From positions 37,512,001 to 37,576,000 of the forward strand of contig CM052817.1 of assembly GCA_028534125.1 (NCBI GenBank): a stretch of 64,000 nt of DNA, written 5' to 3'. Within the stretch, counting starts at the first letter, position 1. The number at the start of each line of letters is the position of its first letter. This document shows, one piece after another, positions 11,465 through 23,615 of this stretch. The notes beneath the pieces were generated by a model. That model was not told the origin of the DNA. It saw only the letters and a list, made by a program, of their open reading frames with translations, and made no database searches. This DNA is from Lama glama (Eukaryota). The position numbers were made by a program, and so were the translations under genes.

Positions 11465-14012
11465 CTAAAGTATAGAACCAAAGCAAGTCATTAGATTACT
11501 GTTTTACTAACTTCTAGGATCAGGGAGGGACTGCACATTGCCCCTCCATGCCCTTCTTCCCTTCTTTTTTAGTACAAAATCCACTTTGTATCTCCCCATC
11601 TTGGATCAGTGCTTCTAGGAAATACCAGCACAATGAAATGTGCAAAGGGGATGGGATGGGGCTTTCCCTCATCAAATACTTCTGGAAACACTAGATTAAA
11701 AAATATTAAATCAACATTTTTATTCCAAGAATTCTCACAATGCTTCATGATATAAATTTTGAGTTGTCAGAAGAGAAACGTATTATGTAGTATTTCCTAA
11801 ACTTATTTAACTGCAGAAATCTCTTTTTAAGGCATATCTCACGGGACTTGTCTTCCATAGGAACTTTTCAGAAAAGTTAATTAGGACTATGAAACTTAGA
11901 AGTTGAGAGAAAGGGGAAAAAAAACCAATCTTTTAAGAATCTGTGAAATTGCTACATGGACATAGTCTTCATTTTAGCAACCTGATGAATTGTTAGCTGT
12001 AAAGATTTTCAAATCTAGTCTAAATCTCATATCAATTCAAGAAAAATAACAATGGATTCATAGTCATAAAGTAATTATTGAATGGACTGTAATTTTAATT
12101 CAATGGTTAACTGTGAAGCACTTCAACGGCACAAAGCCTATTAAAAGAAAGTGATTTGGGCAAACATGCAAAATTAAACGATTAGAATAAATTAAAATAA
12201 TTTTATACAAATAAAAGACGGTTTGCTCTAAAGATTTAGATTACATAAAAAGATTACTCATTTTATTAAGATAAAAACTAAACATGGTAGATGCAATAAA
12301 ATTATTTCTTCATAAATAGTGGTTACATAATGCCAAAAAATTTCACTAGACTGTAAAACTTGTTTCTTTGTAATAAATTCATAGTACAGACATTAGTATT
12401 CAAGGACAGAATATTGTTTGGGAGACTTTCTGGAAGATTTTTAACTCCAACAAAAAATGTTTGCAACCATGAATAACAAAAGTCCTAATTTCTAGAGTTT
12501 TATGTTAATTTAAACAGAAAGTCTACGCTTCCTCCCTTTCAACAACGTGGTGATATTTACAAAGAAAATAAGCACTATACAGCATGACTAATACTTGAAA
12601 TACATGAAAATTCAGCTGCTTCAGCTATGCGAAATTGGAGAGCTTCTGAATAAACAGAACAAAATAGTGAGTGCAGCTCAATCCACAGATAACAAGAAAT
12701 TTTTATTTTTGCGTCCAAATAATTTCTGCCTTATAATTCTTCTGATGCGGTATCTTTTCAAGACCTGTTAAACCTGTCAAGAGTTTGAGATAACACAGTG
12801 AGATGAAAGGCATAGACTTTGGGGCGTCTGGTCACTATGTTCATTTTCTCCTCCTACACTAAACCCAGCTCACATCCAGAAATCTTGTTGAGCTGATAAG
12901 ATTTTCAGATTACTAGGAAGGAAATGCCTCAGCCCTGGATTTTATATGAAAAGATATTCAAATAGCGAGGTTCAGAACAGACTGCATGGGATGTGTGTGA
13001 TAGAAAAAAATTCCACAAAATGAAGATTCAGCTATGAGCTGTGTACATTACACGCCAGAAAGTAAAAAGAAACGTTAGCCACACAAATGGGCATTATATG
13101 TAGCCTTAAATCAACAGCTTGAAGTGGAATTTAGTTATGTATTAAAATAGTTTCGTTAAATCACCTCCAGATTTCTCTGTGCTAATCTTAAGTGATTTAC
13201 GTTCTTTCATTTCATTTTGCAGTGAAGTATTTTCTATGTCTTTCAAAAAGCAAGTAAGCCAATTTCTTTTGCCACTACTCTTTTGCCTCACTAGTAGCAG
13301 AGATTTGTCATTTGAGAGTCACTGCTAGTCAACATTAAACCCACTTGTTTTTTTTTTACAGCAACTTTTTTTTTTATTACCATTGACAAAATTATTCAGT
13401 AACACATACCCTAAAGCAGTTGGAATTGGTCAAGGTTAAGGAGATACTCTATGATATTCAGCACTAAAAACTGATGCTGTTTTAGAGACGTTTGGCTACA
13501 CTGGACAAGCTGGCTAAACAGGTGAAAGGGAAAATGACACACATCTCTCACGACTTCTCTCCTTTTTATTTCTCTTTTACTGATTTCGGTGGGAGCTCTG
13601 CAGGTGGAGAGGAAGCCAGAACTCTGTGTTGGGGGCTCACCCGAGCCTGGCTATAGACACTAAAGCCACTCTTAATGACATTCTTCTCTTCTGGCTATCT
13701 AAGAGACAACCAAAGGAGTTGTGCACATTAATAAAAAATTCCAGCACTAAAGGTATCTGTGTAAGCAATTAGTTTATTTAAGAGCTGAACGTGTGCCTGA
13801 TGATGTAAGGTCACCCGTGCGGGGGCTTTTTGTTGTGCGTTTTACTTATCAAGTTCTATTGGTTTGCTAAGTGCATGTATCTAAAACGGATACATGTATC
13901 TAAAAAAGGCAGATACTTAAATGTGAAGTCAGTTTGGTTCAAAATACAAATAAGCTGGTTATTAATAGCAAAGGAATAAGGACCTGAAGAAGGTGGCCCT
14001 TCACTTACTTAC

Positions 14013-14074
14013 CTTGGAGAATGAATTATTTGGTGTGAGTGCAGGTTTGCTACAAGGCTCCACAGTGTGATGAC
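14013..14074 (-). CDS. PTPN13: PTPN13 exon (GHHTVEPCSKPALTPNNSFSK)
   Basis: cag|GT acceptor, AAG|gtaagt donor, 62 nt, phase 1-0. Confidence 0.93.
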
Positions 14075-14729
14075 CTGAAGGAAAAACACAGAAGGAAAAG
14101 GATGAGCCACTCAGAACCACAACAGGGACAACTAAATAATGAAAGAAGACCCACATTTCTGTGCATGCTCTTATTTTTATTAGTACACTAAGAGAGGTCA
14201 TATCACAAAGTAATTTAAAACCAACTGGATGTAATCAAGTATTAGAGAAGGGTTTATTTCAAGGACAAAGCCAATTCCTTAAAAGTACATAGTCTGCATA
14301 AAAGTTCAGGATGAATGTTTCCAGTGTGAGATTACCGAATATAGATTTTCCCAACTAACTGCGAGAGATATCACAAGTGCTTAACTATAATCACTGGACT
14401 TTTTAAGGAAAGATAGCAAGCCCTTCATCTCATTTCACAAAGACTAGCAATTTAACACAGGAAGATAAGTTGGATACAACTGGAGAGGACTTTTAGTAGA
14501 TTTCTAAACCAAAGGCTGATTTTTAACTCAATCATTAGCATAACATGAGATTGTGTTTCCCTACAGTTGAAAAATTTACATATTTAAAAAAAATTAGATT
14601 CATTACTTCCAGGAGGTACAATACCTTATTAAACTGCTAGGAAAGATAATTAAAAAGTATAACAAAAATCAACCACTGGTTCAAAAAAATCATATTGGAA
14701 TAGCATAAAACACAATAGTTTATTATTTG

Positions 14730-15215
14730 TAATCTCTCCCTCCTGTTCCCTGGCAGCCACTGATCTGCTTTGTCACTACAGATTAATTTGGATTTTTGTA
14801 CAATCTTGTATAAATTGAACAATAACGAATTCTTTTTTTGGTCTAGCTTCTTTAATTCAGCGTATCTATTTGAGTTTTTTTAAATTATGCTGTTGCATGT
14901 GTCAATAGTCATTTACCTTTCTCTCTAAGCAGTATTCTGTTATGGGGATATACAACAAACGGCTATTCATTCAACAGTTTTTGGAAATTTGAGTGGTTTC
15001 TGATTTGGGTTATTACAAAGGAAGCTGCTAAAAACATTCCTGTACAAGTTTTTGTGTATGGATACATGCTTTCTTTTCTCTTGACTATACAAACAGGAGT
15101 GGAAAGGCTGGATTACATGGTGGGCACACGTTTAAATTTTTAAGAAACTGTCAAACTGTTTTCCAAAATGGTTGTAGTAGTTTACATTTTCATCACTGTA
15201 AGAGAGTTCCTATTA
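14730..15215 (-). mobile_element. Old L1 (L1ME/MC-type) 3' fragment
   Basis: ccctggcagccactgatctg...aagaaactgtcaaactgttttccaaaatggttgt, typical antisense L1 3' region; boundaries approximate. Confidence 0.8.
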
Positions 15216-15714
15216 TTGACACTATATGATTTTCAGAATTCATAAGGAAATTAGATCAGAGAATCCCATAAACAGACGACTAGGCAGTTACTACAAGGGG
15301 GGCCGGGCCCAGCTACTCTCCGTGGCCTTGAAAGTTACAAACAGGAGTTTTCTCCGCGGTCACTGGGAAAGTGCTCTCCCGATTGCTCTGTGAGATAGTC
15401 TGCTCTAATGTGCACCAGAACTCTTCGAGAGCAGCAGGAAGGAAGGACCTCTGAGGCATTCAAGGAAACAACAGAGGAGAGAAACAGATGTGCTTGTGCT
15501 TTTGCTTTTGCTTAGAGGATAATCAAACTCCTGCAAGTGACAGATTTCTTCTAGCTATCTGGTATTTAGGCTCTACTGCCGGTCCCTAAAAGTTTAGTTA
15601 TATATGAAATACTAGATTTACATTCCAAATACTCTAACCACATTCCCCTGTGCCTCACATTCTTATATGAATACCATCAATAAAAGCTACATTTACTGAG
15701 CCTGATTAGGTAAA

Positions 15715-15930
15715 TGAGAGCACAGAGTCAGGCATCCTAGGTTTAAATTCTCGCTGGACCATTTGTGAACCCTGTGAGCTTGGGCAAGTTATCACACTTT
15801 TCCGTACCTCAGTTTCCCTATTTATAAAGGGGGATAATAGTAACACTAGTCTCACAGGGTTGTTGTGAGGATTTAAGCACCTATAAGAATGCTTAGTCCA
15901 GAAAAAGCATTAAATTTATGTAAACGGCTG
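15715..15930 (+). mobile_element. MIR SINE
   Basis: Core: cttgggcaagtta...cctcagtttccct...ataatagta...cagggttgttgtgaggatt. Confidence 0.85.
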
Positions 15931-16443
15931 CCACCACTGTTAACACTACAGTTTCTATTACTATGCTGGAATATAAGACACATACTTTGTTTACTAATTG
16001 CTATATTCACAACGCCCAGAACACTGCCCGGCACAGAGAAGAAATTTAGTTAACTGTCTGAATAAATTATTATGTGACAATCACTGTGATAAATGTTTGA
16101 CATATATTATTGTATTTATGCCTCATTATAACCTTGCAAATTAGATACTGTTAATATTCTTACTTTACTGGTAGAAAATAGAGGCTGAGATATGGATCAA
16201 GTCACTTGCTACGGTTACACAGGACTTGTAAACAAATCCCAGGGTCCATGCTGCTCTATTTCCTATTATGAACTCAGTTTTAGAGATGCTCTTATTTAAA
16301 TGTAATTTTTTTTTTCACTTAAACCCTGCAAAACAGTCTGGAGGGGCAATAAAAACATTTTAATGATAGTATCTCAACTTGCTTTGGGGGAAAAAGGTTT
16401 CCTCTCTAGAGCTACTTGTGTTATAAAATGAATGTATCCTTAC

Positions 16444-16514
16444 CATTGGCTTTGGTTGACTTTGGGGCTGAAACAGCAGACCTCTTGGAACTGGGAACCA
16501 CTGGGTGACCGTCT
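16444..16514 (-). CDS. PTPN13: PTPN13 exon (RDGHPVVPSSKRSAVSAPKSTKAN)
   Basis: cag|A acceptor, ATG|gtaag donor, 71 nt, phase 2-1. Confidence 0.94.
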
Positions 16515-17031
16515 CTGTGTTGTAAAGAATAAGAAAATGCAATTGCAAATTATGTAAGACATTTGTTTAAATATCTTTCAAGCCATCTGTTTACTATTTA
16601 ACCTCAGGAGTTTTATTTTGGCTGGGCTTCAGGGGGCCTACGCATTTCCTGAAGCTATAGACAAATTTTATCAGCCTTTATCTATGTATGTGCTGGAGGG
16701 AGATATTCTTGACTGAAAAAAAGATTAAGAATCACTTCTGTACATAAGGTTTCTTTGCGTTTCAGTTCAACATACTGCCATACCTACCCTCTCATTTAAA
16801 ACTCTGGTAATATCCAGGATCTAATGACTTGTTTACTGACACTCAGGCGATAGATCAAAGATAACTTCACTCAGAAGTCACAGATCACTAAGTTTTATGT
16901 ATCTAAAGCCCTTGATATGTGTTTTTCTTTTAAATTACTTAAAGGGAACATCTAGACAAAATACACGTATTCGGAGAATTATAAGAAGAATAGTACCACC
17001 CAATATGTCAAATAGTCAAAAGACAGCACCT

Positions 17032-17582
17032 TGCAAGAGGATTAGTATGCAATTTTATTGTTGCTTTTACTTGAAAGGGAAAGGAGGGGGCCTCAGGTGT
17101 ACAGTACTGGGAGAGGCAATCAGCCACAGGTCTAAGCATCCCTGTATGTTCTTGCCAAGTACCCCAGAAATGCGAGACCCTGACCACTTTTTATCTAGGC
17201 CAATTCTCAAGGCCACGTTTACAGTGAGCAAGCTTGAGGACTTATGTAACCTCTCTCCCCAGACAAAAAGCAAGCCTTCTTACCGGCTGCCATAAAGTGG
17301 TGGGTTCCCTGGCTCTTCTCACAGTCCTCTCCTCCTGTACTACAGCCCACCGCAGGCATAGAGAGCCACTAGGCCCACATGTGTCATCTCTATGGGGCTG
17401 AGAGGACATGTGGAGCCGACAGTAATACCACGCTCATGCTGCTTGCTGTGCCTTTAGTGAGAAAGTCTCTTGTCTCTGATCCAGGAGTTTCATATCTTCT
17501 ACCAGCATCCATGAAACAATGACTGGCTAGTTTATTAGCTTGTAAGCAGGGTAAAATTATAGACACTCTATAGTTCTTGACA
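17032..17582 (+). mobile_element. ERVL-class solo LTR (MER76-like)
   Basis: ctcatgctgcttgctgtgcc...tgtctctgatccaggag...ccagcatccatgaaac...gttcttgaca 3' end; family name from memory; 5' boundary uncertain. Confidence 0.75.
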
Positions 17583-18174
17583 GACAATGATCACAAATAT
17601 ACACCCTTCCATTACAGTTACCCTGTGGACTTTAAAGAGGGCAGAAATAAACAACAGTGGAGAGGGAGTTGGAAGATTACGGAAGGGGAAAGTAACTGTG
17701 ACTATTACTACTGTATCTCCAGTGACTTCAGCAAAGATAAAAGCAGAAAGACAACAGAAAGTGATTTTAGGCCTGAGGTGAAGGGTGCTCTAGAGATTCA
17801 GAGGCAAAAAATTCAACTAGATCTATGGTTAGCAGAGATGTTAATTTTCACAAAGACATTTTCCAGGTTGTTTGAACACTTTTCTCCTCCACTAATTAAC
17901 ATTCGGCTACACCTGTGAAAATAACCCTATGCCCATCTAATTTTTAGAAATACTGAGGGAAATAGGCGAGCGATTACATTCAAGGGAAAAAGTATACAAT
18001 CCAACTTAAAGGTTCAGAAGGAAAAATAGATTTATGATCAAGTGATTTAATGAACAGTTTCTGTATTTTGGAAAACATACTATATAAAACTTACCATGTA
18101 TCACAGATACCAATGTGATGCTTTCTGTTATGTAACTATAAAACCGTAATTCAGAAAGCCCGGGTTCATGTACC

Positions 18175-18650
18175 TGTGGTAGGTGTAGTAATGTTCCCAC
18201 TCCCACCAAAAATGTCTACATGGGAAACCTCAGAACCTCCGAATGTTACCTTGCATGGCAAAAGGGATTTTGCAGAGGTGAGTAAATTAAGGATCTAGAG
18301 ATGAGATTATTCTGGGTTATCCAGCTGGGCCCAGTGTAATCACAGGGGTCCTTATAAGTGAAAAAAGTGAGGTAGGAATGTCAGAGAAAGATGTGAGGAC
18401 AAAAGCAAAGAGCGCTGTGAATGCTGGCTTTACAGATGGAAGAGGGCTATGAGGCAAGGAATATGGGCAATCTCTCGAAGGTGGAAATGGCAAGCAGCCT
18501 ACAGGAGGAATGCAGCTCTGTCAACACCTTGATTTTAGCCCAGTGAGACCATTTCATTTTTCTGACTTCCAGGACTGTTAAGATAATAAACTTGAGTTGT
18601 TTTAAGGCACTAAATTTGTAGTAATTTGATAGTGGTAGGAAACTAATAGA
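18175..18650 (+). mobile_element. MLT1D-type MaLR solo LTR
   Basis: gaatgttaccttgcatggcaaaagggattttgcag...caccttgattttagcccagtgagacc...ggaaactaata. Confidence 0.88.
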
Positions 18651-19148
18651 AACATTTTTTTTCAATTTATTTCCATTATTAAGTGAAAGAAAAGTTGCCA
18701 TTAGCATTTCTTATAATGTGAAACTGTCATGACATATAGTGAATATGATCACCTATGCCTCGTTGGTGCAGACATGAGTTCAGGTAGGACTGATCTTGTC
18801 CCAGCTCTGGGAATGGGTCAGGACTGCCTTAGACCAACTGATATATTCTTATCCCTTTGCCTCATCAGGACTGGCCCTCATTTGGGTCTAAGGCAATCAG
18901 CCCACAGTCTTTGCTTTACCAAGGTGATCAGTGAGACTTGTTTGAAGATTGCTCTGGATGGTATGTTATACAGATGTGAGGCATGAAACTGACATGACCA
19001 CTTGACTATCATGAAGGAAACACACAAACTTTACAAACCCCTGCCCATTCAGTCTGAATTACTAATTCAGAATTTTTGGGGGAGAACCTAATATCTTTTA
19101 ACAGCCTGAAATGCATGCACGCACACAAACAAAATAATTGCAGAGTAC

Positions 19149-19359
19149 CTTGTTGCTTTCAGTACCACAGAAGGGAGTGACATGTCTAATGCTCTCTTAG
19201 CTTCTTCTAAAGTCATTCCTTGTGTGCTGACTCCATTCACATAGTGAATGATGTCCAAGAGCTGGAGATTACCCTCAGTGGCTGCAGCTGACCTTGGATT
19301 GATATCACTAACGTATACCACTTGATGAAGGCTGTCATGACCTCCAGATAAGGAAAAAC
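19149..19359 (-). CDS. PTPN13: PTPN13 exon, PDZ5 (GFSLSGGHDSLHQVVYVSDINPRS...SVVLKAT)
   Basis: aag|GT acceptor, AAG|gtact donor, 211 nt, phase 1-2. Confidence 0.96.
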
Positions 19360-19459
19360 CTTCAGGGAACAGAAAATATTTGTTTCCTTAGTCTTAGCAG
19401 TACTTACTTTTAATCTAGCCAAGAAAAATCACACTGCACAAAGCATGAATTTGCATTAC

Positions 19460-19631
19460 CCAACTCCTCTTTGTTGCATGTAAATACAATGTCAGGTAGC
19501 AAATGAGGCAGCACTGGCATCCTCGGTAGTTCTAGGACTCGGCCAAGAACCAATCTGACTGTCTTGGGTGCAGCTCGGAGTAAATTCACTGCATCTGTGT
19601 GAGTCATGTTTGTAACATCTGTATCATTAAC
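19460..19631 (-). CDS. PTPN13: PTPN13 exon, PDZ4 end and PDZ5 start (VNDTDVTNMTHTDAVNLLRAAPK...TCNKEEL)
   Basis: tag|GTT acceptor, TGG|gtaat donor, 172 nt, phase 0-1. Confidence 0.97.
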
Positions 19632-20127
19632 CTACAAAAATGAGAAAGGGGCAAAGTAGGATTACAATTTTTGGAACACAGAAGTTGCCAAGAAAATACA
19701 GTCATCTCTCTCACTTTTTATATAATTTATATTAGCCAGTAGGAGATTCACCATAAAGAATGGTTTCTAGTTTATGAGTTTATCCTAGTTTATTCCCTTT
19801 ACTGTGGAAATCATGAACACAATGACCAAGTAATCATAAATGAAATAATAATGTAAAATACCTAATAAATGTGTCATTATTTTGCTAATACAGAAAATTT
19901 ATTCTTTCAGCAATTTAAGAAACTTCTGTCCCTGAGACTCAAGATGGCTTATTTAATGCCTTAACTGAAATTAAGCATTTTCCAAACTATTAACTATATA
20001 AAGGCCCGTACTTATACAAGGTGGAAACAGAGTCTTTTACTAACTCATCCTTCTTGCTTTTCATTCTTTAGCCCAGGCTTGATCTTTGGCCACATTTGCC
20101 CTAATCAAGTCTGCTTAAATGTCTCAC

Positions 20128-20286
20128 CTTTATGAGCCGGTCCCCAGGTTTTAGCCTTCCATCACTTTTGGCTGGATCCTGAATGACATCATGAACATAA
20201 CAACCAATACTCTGATTGCCTTTGGTCACTGTAAAACCCAGGCTTCCTTTTTCTGACTTAATCAGGGTAATGAGGAGTTCTACCTC
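20128..20286 (-). CDS. PTPN13: PTPN13 exon, PDZ4 (EVELLITLIKSEKGSLGFTVTKGNQSIGCYVHDVIQDPAKSDGRLKPGDRLIK)
   Basis: tag|GAG acceptor, AAG|gtgag donor, 159 nt, phase 0-0; not in the ORF track. Confidence 0.97.
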
Positions 20287-20800
20287 CTAAGGGAAGAAAA
20301 CAGTGATTCTTTTAGGTTGTCTATTTTGCTGTATAGGCAAAGAGAAAGATAACTATAATTTCCATTGATTAACAGAGGAGGACACTAAACCTCAGAAAGT
20401 TACTTAACCCAACGAAGTGAAGGAGGTAGGTATATCCAAGCTCTAGACAGACACCCATCCCCACCCTCTGCCCATGTTAAAGCTGGGTTTAAATTCAACA
20501 TGTGTTTGTTTAGGGATAGCTGAGACAGAACTTACTCATGCTTCAGTTCAGAATAATGAGATATAAACACCCATGCCAAGAGCAACAAAAGATTTTTTTT
20601 GGGTAAAAACATGAAGTCTGGGTGATTAAGTATCACAACTTGATATATTTAGTTGTGTAAAAAAATATTTTTTAAGATTTCAACTGAGACATAAAGGTTG
20701 CTTACAGCTTACAGGAGAGATGACAGGTTTCTAAGAAAATTACTCAAAGATTATTTTCACTCTATTGCTAAGAGTGAAATTGAAGAGGTAGATGCTACAC

Positions 20801-20829
20801 ACATTCACACACACACACATACACACACA
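20801..20829. repeat. (CA)n microsatellite, imperfect
   Basis: acattcacacacacacacatacacacaca. Confidence 0.8.
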
Positions 20830-21199
20830 ATTATAGGGAAACAAAGTATCTGGAAAGATTAACTCCAAAATGCTTATGGTTTTTACGTGATGAGACTGTA
20901 AATGGTTTTAAATTTTTTCTTTGTTTTCTAATTTTCCTCCAATAAATATTTATTATTTAGATAGTAAAAAGCAGTATTGAAAAAGCATGACTTTGAACCA
21001 GTGTTAAGGATATTATTCTTGGAAATTTGGCTTTCAAACTGAATTTGTAGGTTTTGAAGTTTTAAGATTATTAGTACAATGAAAAGCATTCCATTTAGGC
21101 ACCCACAAAAACAGTGTGGATGAGGTCAAAGTTACATTCAAGCTTGATTAAAAATTAAATAGGTAATCATCAGAATTTGGGAAACAGCAGGTACTATAT

Positions 21200-21370
21200 T
21201 ATGTGTTCCACACATGTAATTTCATTTAATCCTCACCACAATCCTATGAGGTTATCAGTCCCACTTTATAGCTAAAACTGCTAAGATTCAGAAAAATTAA
21301 GTAATTTGCCCACGGGCACCTGCCAAACTGCAGTATGTCAGTGGTAGAGTCAGAATTTTTACCCGGGTTT
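21200..21370 (-). mobile_element. MIR SINE
   Basis: catttaatcctcaccacaatcctatgagg...aagtaatttgccca; boundaries approximate. Confidence 0.75.
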
Positions 21371-21541
21371 TTTTGCCTTTTCCCCTAATTCTCAGCAGAC
21401 ATACCAGATATATTATCTACTTACTGGACACAGACATGAGGCTGATCTGAAAGATACCCTTTTCCCTAAAGGGAAATTGTGTGTGACTACATTTGACTTG
21501 AGAAAATATAGAATTTGCTTCATACAAAGGAAACAACTCAC

Positions 21542-21725
21542 GAGCTCAAAGTCTTCAAGGTGGTTTTCCAAGTCATTTTTCAAAGATGTCAAGCTTTCTT
21601 GCCTAGCTGGCTCAGAAGTGTGACGTATCTGGTATCTATCCCCTGCATTAGTGGAAGCAGATCCCAACTGGGGTTGACAGCCCTGCGCAGGAGCTCCCCC
21701 CGGGGGCCGAGGAGAAGGAGGAGCA
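21542..21725 (-). CDS. PTPN13: PTPN13 exon, linker (SAPPSPRPPGGAPAQG...NDLENHLEDFEL)
   Basis: tag|T acceptor, CTC|gtgag donor, 184 nt, phase 2-0. Confidence 0.95.
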
Positions 21726-22661
21726 CTATGGAGACAAAGCAAGACTATCTGAAATACACTGCAGTGTCAATATAGTAAGTTTGTGGCACAAACAGAAAAG
21801 GCTTAACAGATATCTATATCTGCTTTTGACTGAGATCCTAGCTACTTTCTGTCTGATTCTGGACTATGAATTTATCTCACATCTGTTATGTGCTAACATT
21901 ACTGATTTTTATTTTCTGTCCAGCTCTTTAAGCTGCATAAATTGGTAAGAAAAGTTAAATAAATATACTTCTGACTCTTAGTTGTTAATTCAAGGCTGAA
22001 GCTAATGTTATCAGAAGCCTAATGTGTGTTTCAGCATAGTAAGAAAAAGAAAAATTAAGAAAAGAATGAAAGTCTGACTCCTGTAGTTATTTTGGATGAC
22101 ATAATAGGGGGAAGAAACCCTCCCCAAACTGAACAAATACAGATGGACCTTAATATATACAAAGTTGTAATCAAACCATAAAATGTATGAATAAGCATCA
22201 CAGGTATAGATGTAGTCTTTCCTTTTGTATTCATCTACGCTTCAATCATTTCTTCTGTGCTCTTTTACTTCCTACCTTTTGCAAACTCTCTACCTCCTCC
22301 CTCCCTCCCGCTTCCTTTGTATTTCTACTCCCTAATCTCCCATCCCACCACTATCTAAACAGGTCTCTTCTCTTTCTGCTAAGAAATATGAATCATGGTG
22401 AAATACAAAAAACTTCCCTAATTACTAGTAAATATGGTCAAGAGAGCAGCACGGCTCAGGTCAAATGGCTGAAGAGTTTACCAGGGTTTGCTGACTAAAA
22501 CTATCAGACCCAACGGCTAGATATCCAATAGAGCCATCTTCTGCCTAACACTTGTGAAGTTCACATACAGACACATTTCATTCTTAGCGAAATGGAGGTT
22601 GCTGCTCATGTTACTAACAACAACTAGCTGCTTTGAGTGCTACACATAATATTGACAATAC

Positions 22662-23026
22662 CTGTCCTCAGGTTCTGGTTTATTAGGTATTTTCTGAGGA
22701 TAGTAAAACATGGTGCAAATGGTGTCTTCTCGACTCCTGAGTGCTTCATGTTGACTGTGTGCCTGTGACACCATGTTGTTTAGAGTCTGATGCAAAGCTG
22801 AACTCCAGCTCAGGTTTGGTATCTTCGCTGGAGCTTTCACGAGGTCGTCCTCTCCACTCCCACTGCTGTCGCTGTAGCTGTCTCTCCTGGATGGGGACGC
22901 GCACGATTTCTTGCTTTTGTCAGACATTTCATTTTCATCTGAGCTGGTGCCTTGCTCCACACAGGCTGGGTGAGGAGGGTCTTTGGTGTTGTTTGGAGGT
23001 CCTTGTGCTGGAGAGTGCAGTGGGGT
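22662..23026 (-). CDS. PTPN13: PTPN13 exon, PDZ3-PDZ4 linker (TPLHSPAQG...MFYYPQKIPNKPEPED)
   Basis: cag|ACC acceptor, AG|gtatt donor, 365 nt, phase 0-2. Confidence 0.96.
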
Positions 23027-23214
23027 CTGGAACGGACACATTTAAAGAGATCAGGGTGTGACAACTTACATTAACTTTGGAACACTTAATTGAAAATGCA
23101 CATGTTAAACAACAGCACTTCCTACTAAAATATGCAATTAATTTTTTGATAATAAAAGTAAGTTATGCTCATTAGAGGAAATAATCATCTATAAAAGTAG
23201 TAACTGTTAATATT

Positions 23215-23615
23215 GTACAACTTGTACTTTTATTCAGAGTTACAGTATATATTGCACTTTGTATCCTGCTTGCAAAATTTAGATTTCTACCATGAGTATT
23301 ATCTGAGATCCTTAAATATACTTTGAAAACAACTGCATAAAATTGTATAATAATCTTACAGATGGCTATACCTTTAATTTATTTCAGAATTTTCCTTTTA
23401 TTGGATACAGAGTTGTTTCTAGTTTTTCACTATTAATAGAAATCTAGGAGAACTTCTTTATATGTAGATTTTCACCTGAGTTTCTCATTATTTCCTTGTA
23501 ATTTTCTCTAATAGAAATAGAATTTTCTATAATCATCACATAGGATGTTTTTAAAGGCCTTGTTAAATATATCCAGATTGCTTTCCAGGAAGATTATATC
23601 AATTTATACACTCAT
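23215..23615 (-). mobile_element. Old L1 fragment
   Basis: ttgtttctagtttttcactatt...ccagattgctttccaggaagattatatcaatttatacact; boundaries approximate. Confidence 0.6.

Noticed and set aside
16897..17918. Plus-strand ORFs of 132 and 113 aa
   Set aside because: Overlap or adjoin a solo LTR; no recognisable domain or splice structure
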